Shown here: piece after piece, positions 1-12,700 of the stretch | Position numbering within the stretch: position 1 is the stretch's first letter | Layout: the number at the start of each line of letters is the position of its first letter | Assembly: GCA_951406725.2 (NCBI GenBank) | Contig: OX597824.1 | Span: forward strand, 40,548,001 to 40,612,000 | Length of the DNA stretch: 64,000 bases | Source of the DNA: Octopus vulgaris | Lineage: Eukaryota | Direction: 5' to 3' | Program-made: the position numbers and the translations under genes | Notes under the pieces: generated by a model | What the model saw: only the letters and a program-made list of their open reading frames with translations | The model's database searches: none | Told to the model about the DNA's origin: nothing

Positions 1-185
1 CAACCTTGGCGGAATTTTAACTCGGAACATAGAAATGCCACTAAGCATTTCGTCCAGCATGCTAATGATTCTGTGAGCTCACCGCCTCATTAAATCAATA
101 ATAATAACACAAGCACAGGTTCAATTCCACTTATTTATTGTTAGTCAATTGATTATATATCTAACCAATTAACTATTCGATCTCA

Positions 186-391
186 TTTGTTTAATGTGCT
201 GGTTAAACAATCAATTGGTTATTTGTTAGTCAAAGCTCTTTTGTCTGCTCCTTTGGAGTGAGAGAAGTCACTAAGTCACTGCAGACCTTGTAACAAGAAG
301 GGAAATCACTGAATCACTGGAAAGGTTGTGAAGTGACAAAAGAATTTTGATTAACAAAGAACCAATTGATTGTTTAACCAGCACATTAAAT
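186..391. repeat. Inverted repeat (MITE-like), about 57-bp arms
   Basis: TTTAATGTGCTGGTTAAACAATCAATTGGTT...TTTTGTC (about 189-245) versus its reverse complement at about 335-390. Confidence 0.7.
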
Positions 392-1906
392 CTTTTGTTA
401 ACATATTTCTCTCTTTAGTGGAAGATTTTAATTCAAAATTTTTGAAAACAAGACATTTGTACTACAGAGCCAGAGGCAGTTTCATCCAGGTTGGTATCAA
501 AAGGTTAAAACAAATGATTGATTAGTTAGTTTGAAATTTGAACTTGGACATGTTATTATTGTTGGTGTATTGACACCTCCGAGACTCAACAATGGTGATT
601 AATTTGTCAACAAACATTATTAATATGTTCACGTGAGTAAAGAGAAACACACATAAGGTAATAAATAATGATCAGGAATGAAAAAATCTTATGAAATTAT
701 TTTTCCTGTGTAAGTGGTTAACACTGAACTCGTAAGTCAAGTTTCCAAATTCTAACCCAGAAAATGGCCTCAATTAATAAAAAGGTGTCCTATTCTTGTG
801 ACTGAGTGCTGGTTAAGGAGTTGTGAATCTCAGTTTTAAAAATATATATATATGATATGTTGTAGTCGTGCTTCTGCCAAGATTTGAAACTGCCTCACTC
901 AGAATTCTAGCTTAGAACTTCAGTGTAATTATGATATATTTCTAGTCAGATCAGCTGATGTGTAACCAAGTGAACTGGATTTCACCGGCCGAATAGCCTG
1001 GTCAAACATTCTAGAACTGCCATTGGGGTTATAAAAAGCTGGCAAATTGGAACCCAAGCAAAACAATGCAGAAGGCCATGTTGCTCTGCTCCAGAAGATG
1101 GTTTCTCACTTACTTCCTTACAGAGGTGGTGCTACTTGAAGTTATATCAGTCAGTTTTGTGATACATCATTCTCATTCTTTCTACTTAATTTGTTCTCAA
1201 TAAATATAAACTATCTTCATATTATAATTGAGCATATTATGCATTGAAAACTTATATTCATTCCATTCAATATCTCTTTTATACTGTTCTATTTATTCAA
1301 TTATTGTGTATATGTAAATGCAAATGTTCCAGGTTAGTAAAAACTTATGGGAACTAATACTATTGCTAGTGTGGTCATTATGAAAGCAACACCTAGCCCA
1401 CCAAATGTTATTCATCAATAACTATTTAGCAATCCTTATACTACATTAAAATGTTATGCTGAACATCAGATCAATTTATGCCCGCATACAAAAATGTACC
1501 TAACAGAAAAAGAAAGACAAAAAAATTATTATTTTCATTTTAAATATATTGAGGATTATTAAGAAATAAAATTGCTTTTATCCAATTTCAATAACCATTT
1601 CAATAACTACAGAGTCTACTTACAAGCCCACCAATGAGGGTAGCTCTATGCAGACACTTGTCCTGCTAAAAATAGCAGTCAAATCTTTCTCAACTTTTAC
1701 TACATTATTGTCTTTAAAAAAATCAACTTCACTTATATGCTGTGTCCAATAGTGACTTGTATCTGCATATAAGTGTAATGGGCAGCAAGGGTTGCAATCT
1801 AGTGTTCAAAGAAAACACTGCAAGACTAGTATGGGAATTCAAACCATGGACTCACACACGTGAGTGTGTGTGTGTGTGTGTATATTTAATTAAAACATTG
1901 TCTTAC

Positions 1907-1947
1907 CACAATGATTCGTCCATCAGCAGTCACTATAGACACTGTTT
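1907..1947 (-). CDS. LSM8: LSM8 coding exon 2 (41 nt)
   Basis: Phase-1 join gives K-TVSIVTADGRIIV (Sm1 motif; human RTVAVITSDGRMIV). Ends at a GTAAGA donor in phase 0. Later exons were not found in the window. Confidence 0.93.
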
Positions 1948-3150
1948 CTTGTAGAATTGTGTTAAGGAATAAAACATGAGACTTTACATAAACAAATATG
2001 AGTTTTGAAACATGCAATCATTTATAACATGTCTTTATTTTATAACTGTCCTCAAAATATTTTTGTGTCTGAACATCAGATTCAGAATTTGCAAAAAGTC
2101 CTATATTTTTAAACAAATGATTTTTTTGAGTTTTTACAGTAAAACTATTTCTTTCAAAAACCCAAGTTATTTTGTTTCACTTGAGTTGCAACATTTTAAA
2201 ATAGTTAATCTATAAATAGAAATTAGTTTCTTTTACATCCATTTTGCCATGCTACCATGGGTTAGACAAATATAATATTGAGGTGTTGTTGTACAACCAG
2301 ATGCCCTTCCTGGTACTAACTCTAACCTGTTTTTCAAGTAAGATTTCTTATTTCATATCTTAAAGCCACGAAATGAATCAGTGACTTATTGACAGAAGTG
2401 ACAACACCACTTGTAGTGATTTTTATAGAATGCAAATGTAAGCACATTCATCCACATACATACATATATGCATGCATTCATGGATGGATGGATGGATGGA
2501 TGGAGATATATATATATACATACACAACCAGCTTTTTTCAGTTTCTGTCTACCAAATTCATTCACAATGCTTTCGTAGACTTGGGGCTACAGTAGAAGAC
2601 CCTTACCATGCTGCTACACAGTAGAGCTGAATCTGAAGCAGTCAGGAAGCAAACTTCTTAACCACACTGCCATGCCTGTCCCTAATATTAAACAGTTAAT
2701 ATCTGTTGTTGTTGTTGTTGTTTTACAAGTAAACCACATTATTGCCAATGACAAAACTATGAGTGATCATAGCATGTCAGTGCAACAACTTCAAGGATAT
2801 TTTGGTGGTGTTAATTGGAAATACTTAGAATGTAAAAAGATAGTTGGATGCTTACTAGTTCCCTAAACACCATTGTCTAAAAAATAACTAGTAAATTCTC
2901 CATCATGCCAACAGACTTTATATATCATGCTCCCCTAATCTCAATCCTAATCTTGATTTGGGGCTAAGTTTACCTAGCTTTCTAAGCGCCATTATCTAAG
3001 TTCAGGCATGGCTGTGTGGCTAAGACATTTGTTTTCTAACGAAATGGTTCTGGGTTCACAATGCAGGACCTGAGCAAATGTCTTCTGCCACAACCTTGAG
3101 CTGATCAAAGCCTTGTGAGTAGATTTCATAGAAGGAAAGTAAAAGTATCC

Positions 3151-3340
3151 GGCCATCTTTCGGTACAAGTACCATAACTGCCACGTGTGTTTGTTTACAT
3201 TTGAAGATCGTCACTCTCCGTAAAGCTTTTTTTATATATGGGGGGAGGGGAGAAAAGGGTTTCTTTTTTTCTTCAGAAATGTAAACAAACCCACGTGGGT
3301 TTATAATTGGCAGTTATGGTACTTGTACCGTAAGATCGCC
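3151..3340. mobile_element. Merlin-like MITE (GG-starting TIRs, 8-bp TSD) inserted in a SINE
   Basis: TIR GGCCATCTTTCGGTACAAGTACCATAACTGCCA and its near complement; TSD AAGTATCC at 3143-50 and 3341-48. Confidence 0.8.
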
Positions 3341-4009
3341 AAGTATCCTATCACATGTATGCATCTATGTGTGTGTGTGTGTCTAAGTGGGTTGTTTCCT
3401 TGTCCTGACATTGCATAATTGTAAACGAGTGTCACCATCATACAAGTGGTGTGGTTCATTTCCAATTTTTCATGAAAACGTATCTGAACAAGGGAGAATA
3501 TTACGTTGCTAGGAAACAGGAGGTGTGCGACAGGAAGGGCATCCGGCTATCAAAAAAATCTACCTGGACGAATTCCGTCTGACCCAAGCAACCATGGAAA
3601 AGTGAACATTAAAAAATGAAACGATTGTTTGTTAATCTCCCTAAAATATCATTTCAGGAATTAAGGTTAAACTCCCTAAACAGCAAGGCGCGTGATAACC
3701 TTGCTTCCTTAAATGCCAATGCCTACAATGAGTATTTGCCCTAATGACCATTGAGTAAAATAAGAGTTGGTTTACCTCACTAAATACCGTCGTCTAGGAA
3801 GCAGTTGTAAACTCATAACAATAATCAGTTTCATATTACAAAATAATAATAATAAATTGGCATATTTGCAATCAGCCTGTTTGAAAACATTAATATTCTA
3901 AAACAAGAACGGGGAGTAAGTTATGTAAAAAAAATAATAAGATTAGGTGACAGCAAAGAGCGAAACCCCAACATAAACGTTACACAACGTACATAACGGA
4001 GGTGGGGGT

Positions 4010-4037
4010 GATAGATAGATAGATAGATGGATAGATG

Positions 4038-4095
<58 letters not shown>

Positions 4096-4132
4096 CAGAT
4101 AGACAGATAGATAGATAGATAGATAGATAGAT
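4010..4132. repeat. (GATA)n microsatellite inside the U12 intron
   Basis: About 30 GATA/GACA units. Confidence 0.95.
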
Positions 4133-4392
4133 GCAGGTAACACCGGTCCGATTGAGTACATTAATTTTTTTTAAACGAAATATATTTTGTTTTTAGTATT
4201 CGATGAGAATTTGTAATAGAGTTGATAACAAACAAGTAAAATAACCTGAAAATAGATTTAATTTTTTTTCAAATCTTAGTTGCAATAACCGGCGTGAGCT
4301 TATAATTCACACGTAAGAAACAAAAGCATTTTGATTTTAAGACGCAAAGTACTAATCAGAGTGTAACAAGATTATATTTATGAAAAGGATAC

Positions 4393-4423
4393 TACTAATA
4401 TAATTTTCCAGAGCCGAAGCCAT
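4393..4423 (-). CDS. LSM8: LSM8 (U6/U6atac snRNA-associated Sm-like protein) coding exon 1
   Basis: ATG GCT TCG GCT CTG GAA AAT TAT ATT AGT A = MASALENYIS+1 nt, matching the LSM8 N-terminus (human MTSALENYINR). Followed by the donor GTATCCTTTT. Confidence 0.93.
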
Positions 4424-4485
4424 TTCTAAAAACTTTGTCGTTCACAAAATAACGACTTTTTCCTTGATATTTTTGGACCAATTCT

Positions 4486-4515
4486 TCAAATGCTTGTTTT
4501 CGCCGCCATTTGTTC
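4486..4515 (-). promoter_or_regulatory. YY1-like motif (CAAATGGCGGCG) / 7-codon uORF upstream of the LSM8 ATG
   Basis: The minus strand reads ATG GCG GCG AAA ACA AGC ATT TGA (4509-4486) in a locally CpG-containing patch, ending about 60 nt before the LSM8 start. Confidence 0.45.
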
Positions 4516-4780
4516 TGTTAAAGCAGAGTGGTTTCTGGCGATAAAAAATGAAAATAATATTTTTTTAACTGTTATATTACAAGGAGAAATTGAAGGAAAA
4601 CTATGAATTTCGTTGTAATAAAGAAATATATATAAACAAAAGATTGCAAAATTTATTATCAATAATTTATATCGAATACGAAAATAAGACTTAATATTTT
4701 TTTGCTACATTATATCATAAGTTAGGTGTACTTTAATAATATTTTAGAGTCTGACGATCCATCTATGAGTCTAAGCGCTT

Positions 4781-4819
<39 letters not shown>

Positions 4820-5137
4820 ATACACACACACACATATATGGGTTGAAAGCTGTAGTAGGGGCTATGATGAAGGTGATGGTGGTGGCGGTAATGTTTTTGA
4901 TGTCGAAAATGCTTGTGGTGATACCTCAAAGTAGCTTCCTGGCTTTACAAAAATCAAATTAATGAGTGCCAATGACAAAGGAAAGATTCAAAGTAATGAA
5001 GGAAATGGTAGTCCACAACCGTTTTTGTTCCTCTGAGATGGTGGAAGTGGTAGATTCAGACAAACTAGCCTTTTTGAGATGTTTCCAGTTGAGAGAGAAA
5101 GGTTGAAGAGTTTGCTAAATATAGAAACTATTTCTGA

Positions 5138-5250
5138 TACATGCATGCATACATACATACATACATACATGCATACATACATGCATAAATGCATGCATAC
5201 ATACATGCATACATACATGCATGCATACATACATACATACATACATACAT
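5138..5250. repeat. (CATA/CATG)n microsatellite
   Basis: Direct reading. Confidence 0.9.
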
Positions 5251-5321
5251 AGGATCATTTGTAGAAATACAGAAATCTGGGATCTGGAAGAGAAGCACAC
5301 TATAAACTGTAGAGCAGTTTA

Positions 5322-6090
5322 TATATTGTATTGGAGTAGGCCAGTTTATTGAGTTACCCTGGGTTTCTCGCTCATAAAGGATTTAGCCTTATGGTGTATC
5401 TTCATACCCCAAACACTGCTGGCCTGAGACCTCTTTAAAATATGGAGGCAGAAAGGCCTTGTTTTTAAGAGTAAAACCCTAGGTGATTGTTTCCTTTTGC
5501 CATTGTCCATCAATCTTCAGCCACACTGCCATCTTGCAGTCACCAATGCACCACAAAAGTAAACGATTGTTTCCCTTTGGCATTGGTTATTGGTTTCCCG
5601 TTGTGGTGCTGCCATGTGGATTCCAAACAACCAGCAGGAATTTTCTAAAATAGTCCAAAAATCTCTGTACTGGAGTTCAGGATGCCCTCTGGCATTAGCA
5701 AGTCTTTAAGGATCCTTGTGTGTTTGGCAATGCATAATTTGCACCATTTTGTCCCACTGATGGGTTCTCAAGTATTTTCCATGCAATCAAGTATGGAATC
5801 TCTTTGTCTCATAATTGCCAAATATGACTGGCTAGCGATGTCACGTATCTCCTTTCCGGGACTCTAAAGGAGGACTGATGACTGCAAGCATGGCTGAAAA
5901 TCGATGGATAATGGCAAAGGGAGATAATCACCTAGGGTTTTCTTAAAAACGAGGCTTTTTCCCCCTCCATATTTTAAAGAGGTGTCAGGCCAGCAGTGTT
6001 TGGGGTCTGAAGATACCTCATAAGGGTAAACCCCTTATGGGTAAGAAACCCAGGGTAATCCCATAAACTGGCCTACCCAATACAATATAA
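5322..6090. mobile_element. Foldback/MITE with approximately 220-bp terminal inverted repeats
   Basis: 5322-5545 is the diverged reverse complement of about 5875-6090; the ends are TA-rich. Confidence 0.8.
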
Positions 6091-6100
6091 TATATATATG

Positions 6101-6134
<34 letters not shown>

Positions 6135-6137
<3 letters not shown>

Positions 6138-6436
6138 GGATCACGTGACCGACCAGATCATCAGATGTTGTTACACATCGCTGGTCACAATGCGTTCGCA
6201 TTGTTTTAGCCTTCAAAATGACGCCACCCCACTGGCTAAGCGAGCAGGCCAACAGAAGAAAGAGTGGGAGAAAGAGTGGTGAAAGAGTACAGCAGAGATC
6301 ACCACCCCCTGCCGGAGCCTCTTGGAGATTTTAGGTGTTTTCGCTCAATAAACACTCACAATGCCCGGTCTGGGAATCGAAACCGCGATCCTGCGACCGC
6401 GAGTCTGCTGCCCTAACCACTAGGCCATTGCGCCTC

Positions 6437-6440
<4 letters not shown>
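6135..6440 (-). mobile_element. Second tRNA-derived SINE family
   Basis: Head GGAGGCGCAATGGCCTAGTGGTTAGGGC...GGTTTCGATTCCC. Related copies at about 11915-12212(-), 30215-30522(-), 51900-52210(+). Confidence 0.8.
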
Positions 6441-6449
<9 letters not shown>

Positions 6450-6469
<20 letters not shown>

Positions 6470-6509
6470 TGTTGCTTTTTTCCTATATATATATATACAT
6501 ATATATATT

Positions 6510-6587
<78 letters not shown>
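6450..6587. repeat. (TA)n microsatellite
   Basis: Direct reading. Confidence 0.95.
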
Positions 6588-6593
<6 letters not shown>

Positions 6594-6960
6594 TGTAATT
6601 GTAAGATCCAAGGATATAGGAGTAGAAAGTCAGTAAGCTTTGAGCAGTCTGTAGTGGGTATAAAAACAACTTTCAGGAACAATAATAGTTTATTGGCACA
6701 AAAGGTTGTAGGTTTTTCCTCGAATCAAAGTTTTGAAGTTCCATCAGGTGAAAAAGTTATTTTATTGTTCACCGTTAGCCTCTAAGGTTGTTATGAATGT
6801 GAATAAAAATCCAGATTGAGAGAATGGAATGGGTAAAAATCCAGGCTTCATATGTTTCCAAGCTAGCAGAACCTCAGAAGTAATAAAAGGGGTACTCCAC
6901 CAGCTACTCATCAGGCCAAAGATACCTTAGTTAAATGAAAGTTCAAAGAAAAGGATCAGT

Positions 6961-7380
6961 GGTGCAGGAGTGGCTGTGTGGTTAGTAGCTTGCTTACCAA
7001 CCACATGGTTCCGGATTCAGTCCCACTGCATGGCACCTTGGGCAAGTGTCTTCTACTATAGCCTCAGGCCAACCAAAGCCTTGTGAGTGGGTTTGTTAGT
7101 TGGAAACTGAAAGAAGCCCGTCGTATATATGTATATATATATATATATGTATGAATGTGTGTGTATATGTTGGTGTGTTTGTGATTGTCCCCCTAACATC
7201 ACTTGACAACTGATGCTGGTGTATTTACGTCACTGTAACTTAGCAGTTCGGCAAAAGAGACTGATAGAATAAATACTAGGCTTACAAAGAATAAGTCCTG
7301 GGTGTCGATTTGCTTGACTAAAGGCGGTGCTCCAGCATGGCCACATTCAAATGACTAAAGCAAGTAAAAGAGTAATAGAG
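6961..7380 (+). mobile_element. Major tRNA-derived SINE (Octopus-type) with internal TA/TG microsatellite, representative copy
   Basis: A/B-box-like head (TGGCTGTGTGG...GGATTCAGTCCC) and CCTTGGGCAAGTG core. Near-complete copies at about 17157-17522(+), 22085-22472(-), 28160-28550(-), 33880-34235(+), 36068-36440(+), 37665-38112(+), 38818-39182(-), 48357-48742(+), 52785-53225(+), 56750-57141(-). Confidence 0.9.
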
Positions 7381-8399
7381 TAATGGTCCTTCCCAAGAAA
7401 TTATCTCATAAGGACGCTTTTCCCGATTCCATGGTATATATATTCTCCTCTGGAATGGGACACTTGTCTAATACAGGATTAATCATTTTTATCAATTGAG
7501 TGAACTGAAGCAACATGAAGTGAAGCACTTTGCTAAAGAACACGTCTCACCCAGTCTAGAAATCAAGACTACAATTTTATGATCATGAGTTCAACACCCT
7601 AACCACAAAGCCATGCACCTCTAGACTCATACACATATAAAGTTGTCTATGAATTCATAAATTAGAAAAAATGAGCATTTGTATATTTGTCAAGAGTGGG
7701 AATCAAAATATACAGTATTATTGACCCATTATGGCCAATCAGTTTTGTACCAGATATTAGGTAACCAGTCAGTTATCTAACAACTGTGCTCATCAGAGAT
7801 GGCAGGTATGGAAAAATTGATGATTGCCAAACCTGAGTAACCATCCAGTTACTTAATATCTAGTGAGAAACTGACTAGTAAAATCAGCTGTAATGGATCG
7901 ATAATACTGCATACTTTAATTAATATAGATGTGTGTGTATATATATATATATATATATGACCAAACTCCAAAGAAATTGGTGTTGGTCTACATCAGTATG
8001 ACTTGTAATATATTATAAAATCAATAAAGAGAGCAAACTGAATCTGGCATGATGAGTGGAAAATCCAATGTTTCAGACAATCCTTGAAAGGTTGAAAGGT
8101 CAGAAATAAATGAGAGACTGCAGAGTTTTACATCTTCGAAATTAAAAAAAAAAAAAAACTGGTTGCAACTGATAAGGCATGCAAGACCACATGAGGTTCA
8201 TACATGAACAAGAAGTGGTAGGAGAGAGGGAAATTGGGTGAGAGGTGAAAGGAAAGAGGAACAAGGAGTAAAAGCATGCAAAGTCAAGGGTGATGTGAAG
8301 GGGAAAAAAATGAGGCAAGAGGGGAGTTGAAGGATAAGAAAAAGAATGCTGAACTAAATGGAGGTATGGAAGTAGAACGAATAAACATGAATTTCAGCA

Positions 8400-8836
8400 T
8401 GTCAGTGACATGTTATCAAGTCCAAATATGAAATATTGTTCCCTCTATTTCCTTGAGAAAGTGGGTCCATAGTGTGCAGCGATACTGCACACAGATAAAT
8501 GAGTAATGCAATTCCTGTAGAATTGAAAAGGGTGACAACAGGTTGGCCTAGCATATGTAGTAGTATATTTTCAATGTACTCCAGAAAGTAATAGGCAAGG
8601 TATCAGCCTGTTTCCCCAGTGTAAAGGTCGCCACAAAGCTTGCATATGATACAATATATAAAATTGGACAATGTGCAACAGAAGTTCTGAGTAACATGAT
8701 ATTGTGATGTAGGCCCAGTGATCGCTATAATGTTGTTAATGTAGGGGTAGGTGTTGCATCATCAGCAAGTTCATTCAAAAGTGCCTGGTTGAGTAGGTCA
8801 GAGAACTGTGTATGCATGCATATTGGTGAAATAAAT
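8400..8836 (-). mobile_element. Penelope-like element relic (GIY-YIG endonuclease)
   Basis: The minus strand reads NFCCTLSNFIYCIICKLCGDLYTGETG*YLA, matching the PLE GIY-YIG signature. The relic probably continues to about 9400. Confidence 0.75.
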
Positions 8837-8849
8837 ACCAGATACTTTA

Positions 8850-9173
8850 AAGACTCCGCCGGTTACGACGACTAGGGTCCCAGCTGATACGATCAACGGA
8901 ACAGCTTGCTCGTGAAATTAACATGCAAATGGCTGAGCATTCCACAGACACGTGTACCCTTAACGTAGTTCTCGGGGATAATCAGCGTGACACAGAGAGT
9001 GACAAGGCTGACCCTTTGAAATACAAGTACAACTCATTTTTGCCAGCTGAGTGGACTGGAGCAACGTGAAATAAAGTGTCTTGCTCAAGGACACAACGCG
9101 TCGCCGGGAATCGAACTCACAACCTTACGATCATGAGCCGAATGCCCTAATCACTAAGCCACGCGCCCTCACC
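8850..9173 (-). mobile_element. Young tRNA-derived SINE with a 13-bp TSD
   Basis: TSD ACCAGATACTTTA at 8837-49 and 9174-86; head GGGCGCGTGGCTTAGTG...GAGTTCGATTCCC; CpG-rich. Confidence 0.88.
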
Positions 9174-9434
9174 ACCAGATACTTTACTACATGGTGAAAC
9201 TACAGGAGCTATTCATTGGTGTTGCAAGATCTTCATCGCCATGTTGGAAACGCTTCCATATCATCAGCAGGCATCTCAGTGCCACTAGTATTTTGTCACT
9301 TAGCCTGTATACCTCACATGCATGGAGCAATGAGGAGTGAATTAGCTGTCCCCTGTTCATATGCAGTCTCTTCTCAACCATAGTCATCTTTAGCTGTTTT
9401 AGCTACCAATAACTTTGAGCACCTTTTCAAACTC

Positions 9435-9766
9435 CACTTGTCTAACACCTGTGGACATGTTTACAAAGTCAGAAAACATCACAGCTCCCATGACTTTCAG
9501 AAACATTGTTCACGCTAAAAGTTGCTGAAGCATGGTACAAACTGCCAGCATCAGTTGTTAGTTGTCAGAGTACTGCATCCTTCAAAACTTCTATGCTTCC
9601 TGAGACTCGCCAACACTACACCTGATTTTCTCCTTGCCATGCACACCTGACTCATATACTGTTCACTTCCCAGACATTTGTACATTACAGCATATGCTTT
9701 ATATGCACTTTTGACAAGTTGTGGTGCACCTGAACACTGTATACAATAATTTCATTATTATTATGC
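9435..9766 (+). mobile_element. CR1/L2-type LINE 3' fragment
   Basis: Degenerate xxGH..KV...AW.KLPASVV...SFK C-terminus plus a 3' UTR ending in (ATT)n. The same 3' end occurs at about 20495-20770(+) and 50376-50590(-). Confidence 0.65.
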
Positions 9767-12700
9767 CTATTTCCTTGGTAGCTTTTTGCAGTTGTCTGGG
9801 CTCATAACCAATTTTCTGCAGAAAATAGCACACTGATCTAGCATGGCTAAAATATAGATATGTACATACATACATGTGTACACACACACACACACATACA
9901 TGTACGTACGTACATACATACATACATACATATATGCAAAAATACATACATACATATATATATTAGCAACAGAGGCAGTATTAGTACTGAGAGGTAATAT
10001 TTATTCTCACTTAAACATGGCTTGAGACTCTGATAACCCCTGCTCTAGCACAAAGATCTCATTAAATTTTCGAAATATTGGTCTCTTTCACTAATAATAT
10101 ATATATATATATATATATATCATCATCATTTAATGACCATCTTCCAAGTAGGCATGGATGGGATGGTTCACCAGAATCCAGCAAGTCAGACAGCACCTGT
10201 CTCATTTGTTGTGGCATGATTTTTATGGCTGGATACCCTTCCAGCATCAACCTCTTTACAGAGTTTATGAGATTCTTTATTTTCATGGCACCAGCTTTAA
10301 GGTGGTCACCATGTAACTCACAATTCCAAAGAACTTCCTTAACTGAGTGAGAATATAGTAGAGAGGAAGGTGGGTTTGTACTAGGTGATGAGAAGTTAAA
10401 GTATGACAGAAGGAACAGGAACAGGATTTTATTGTAGTAGAGGAGATACACGACAATGTTGCATTATATAGGGGTGTTTGGGAATAATTATGGTGGAGCT
10501 GGAAAAAGAGATAAAGATGGTAGTAACAAGGTGTCAGAGTATATCTTGAAAGCACAAGAATGTAGAGAGAAGAGAGAGTAAGAACAGAAAATTGGGAAGA
10601 GTGTGTAGCGGCACAAGCAGTCAGCACCATATTGGATGAGATCTCGTGGCAGCCATTGCCATCTCCAAGACTGGAGCGAGTCCTCACCTGCATCCATTTG
10701 CCATGTGCAAGATCACAACGAGGCTTGTGATGGAAACTATATAAAGGAAAAACTGATTCAGACCTGTCTCTTCTTTGGCGCCACTACACAGCAGCGCTTG
10801 CTGAATACACAACTGGCTGGAGGCAATTTGCACCCACACTATCGGAGCATAAGATGGTAGCTAAGAGCAACACACTTCACCTTTCCCGTAAATAAACCAG
10901 TTGTAAATGGCATTTATGCTTGAAGTCTTTTCTCTTTGTCTGCCGGAAGCCTGAACTACACGAAGAACAAAAAGATGATGGAAGGAGACGATATTCCTCC
11001 GATATCGTAAACCTTGCCTTCCATTATTAAAGGTGCTTGAGGAGAGGTTGCAAGAATGTGTGATGGTCAGAGGTGGGTGTGAGGTGAATATAGTAATGAA
11101 GGTAGAGAAGTAGTCGATGATAAATATGAGTTAGAGGGAATGTGGAGAAGAGATGAAGACTGGTAGTATAGAATGGGTGTAGAGCAGCAGAATACTAGTA
11201 GATACAGTAGATGAGGGAATGATTAGAGATAAGATGAAAGGTGGGTGGATAAAGGTTGCAAGTACATGTGTGTGTGTGTGTGTGTAAAACCCACACAGGT
11301 TAGGACAGACCATATATCTACATCTGCAGATATATGGTCCGCTCTAACTTGTGAAAAATTGTTGTCCAAAAGAAGGGCTGATGTCTTTTAGGCACCAGTT
11401 TTGATACAGAAGTTACTGTCATACTACAAAGTGCTTGCACAGATAGTGCAAAGCATCCTACCCAATGCTTTTGATGGTTCTCCCAATCAATCACCTTGGA
11501 TTGGTGAACTTTTATCAATGCCAAAATCATGGAAGTCAAAGTTGACTTTGGAATTTGAACTCAGTGAGTAGGGAGTTGGAACAAATACCAACACAGTAGA
11601 CAATATAAATATGACTCACACACACACATGCAATACTAGTAATTTCATGTAACACCTCCACAATATTCACAACATCAGGTCTCGATTGAGACCTACAAAG
11701 GCCCTAAGCACTTAAAAGATTTTGCTGCCCCCATGTATTTGTAATTCAAAATATTAACAATAATAAACCATAAAAATCAATTTTTATTTTTCAAAATGAA
11801 ACAAAACAGCAAAATGGAAAATAATATGTATTTTTATATACTTCCACTTATATTTGAAAAGTTTTCTGCTTTTTTTCTTGCAAAGTCTTTGATTAAATCC
11901 TCAAAATCAATCTTATGTTGTTTGTTCCTTCTCGAGCCATGCCTGGCTCATAAGGGCCGGTTTCCTGGTTTCCTTGGTGTATAGCTTCCCCACCTGGAGG
12001 GGATGCCAGTCCGTCTAAGGTAAGCTGCAAGATGCAGGAAGAAAGAGTGAGAGAAAGTTGTGGCAAATGAGTCAGCAGAAGTTCGCCATTACTTTCTGCG
12101 GGAGCTTAGGTGTTTCGCTCATAAACACACACATCGCCTTGTCTGAGATTTGAACCCACGTTCCCTCAACCGCGAGTCCGCTGCTCTAACCACTAGGCCA
12201 TGTGCCTCCACAATCTGCTTCTATACTTAGTAGAGATAAGGCATCCCAAATATTATTTTAAAGCGAAATCTTTTGTGTCATAAATCATTTACTATTTCTG
12301 TGCCACCACCACTTTCCTTGGTGCCCTAAGCACATGCTTATTTTGCTTTATGGTTAATCCAATGCTGCACAGCATACACAGAAGACAGCGAAGAAAGCAG
12401 AACGATGCACAAACATACCGATTTGTAGCTACACCACAATTTGAACTATACTCAGCCTCTTCCTGCCTCTCTGTATCTATCTGTTTATTCACCAATCCAT
12501 CCATCCATCAACTTGTCCGTCTAGCTCGGAGTGTGTATGTTACACAGTGCAGCTACTTTACATATGCCTGTTTGTTTTCATAGAGGATATGTCAAGTTTA
12601 AGGAAGGGCGTAGCATAGGTTTTGACTCCATAAGGTGACTAAAACCCTCCCCATACCACTACCTCAAGTTCATTAGCAGAAACAGGTGCTCCGATCTTAT

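Larger units (their letters stand above)
1948..4392 (-). other. U12-type (minor spliceosome) GT-AG intron of LSM8
   Basis: 5' splice site GTATCCTTTT at 4392-4383. Branch site TTCCTTAAC at 1969-1961, about 12 nt before the AG at 1949-1948. No polypyrimidine tract. Confidence 0.92.

Noticed and set aside
4393-4423. Alternative assignment to COPS3 (MASALE...)
   Set aside because: Exon 2 encodes the Sm1 motif TVSIVTADGRIIV, diagnostic of LSM8.
6331-6669. ORFs rich in YI, HT, CV or MYVC (also 3943, 4988, 9699, 49041, 52819, 55856, 62312)
   Set aside because: These are translations of microsatellites.
12292-12583. ORFs and a minus-strand donor (CG|GTATGT at 12418) suggesting a divergent transcript from the MDM1 promoter
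   Set aside because: No recognisable protein or partner exon; cannot be supported without expression data.
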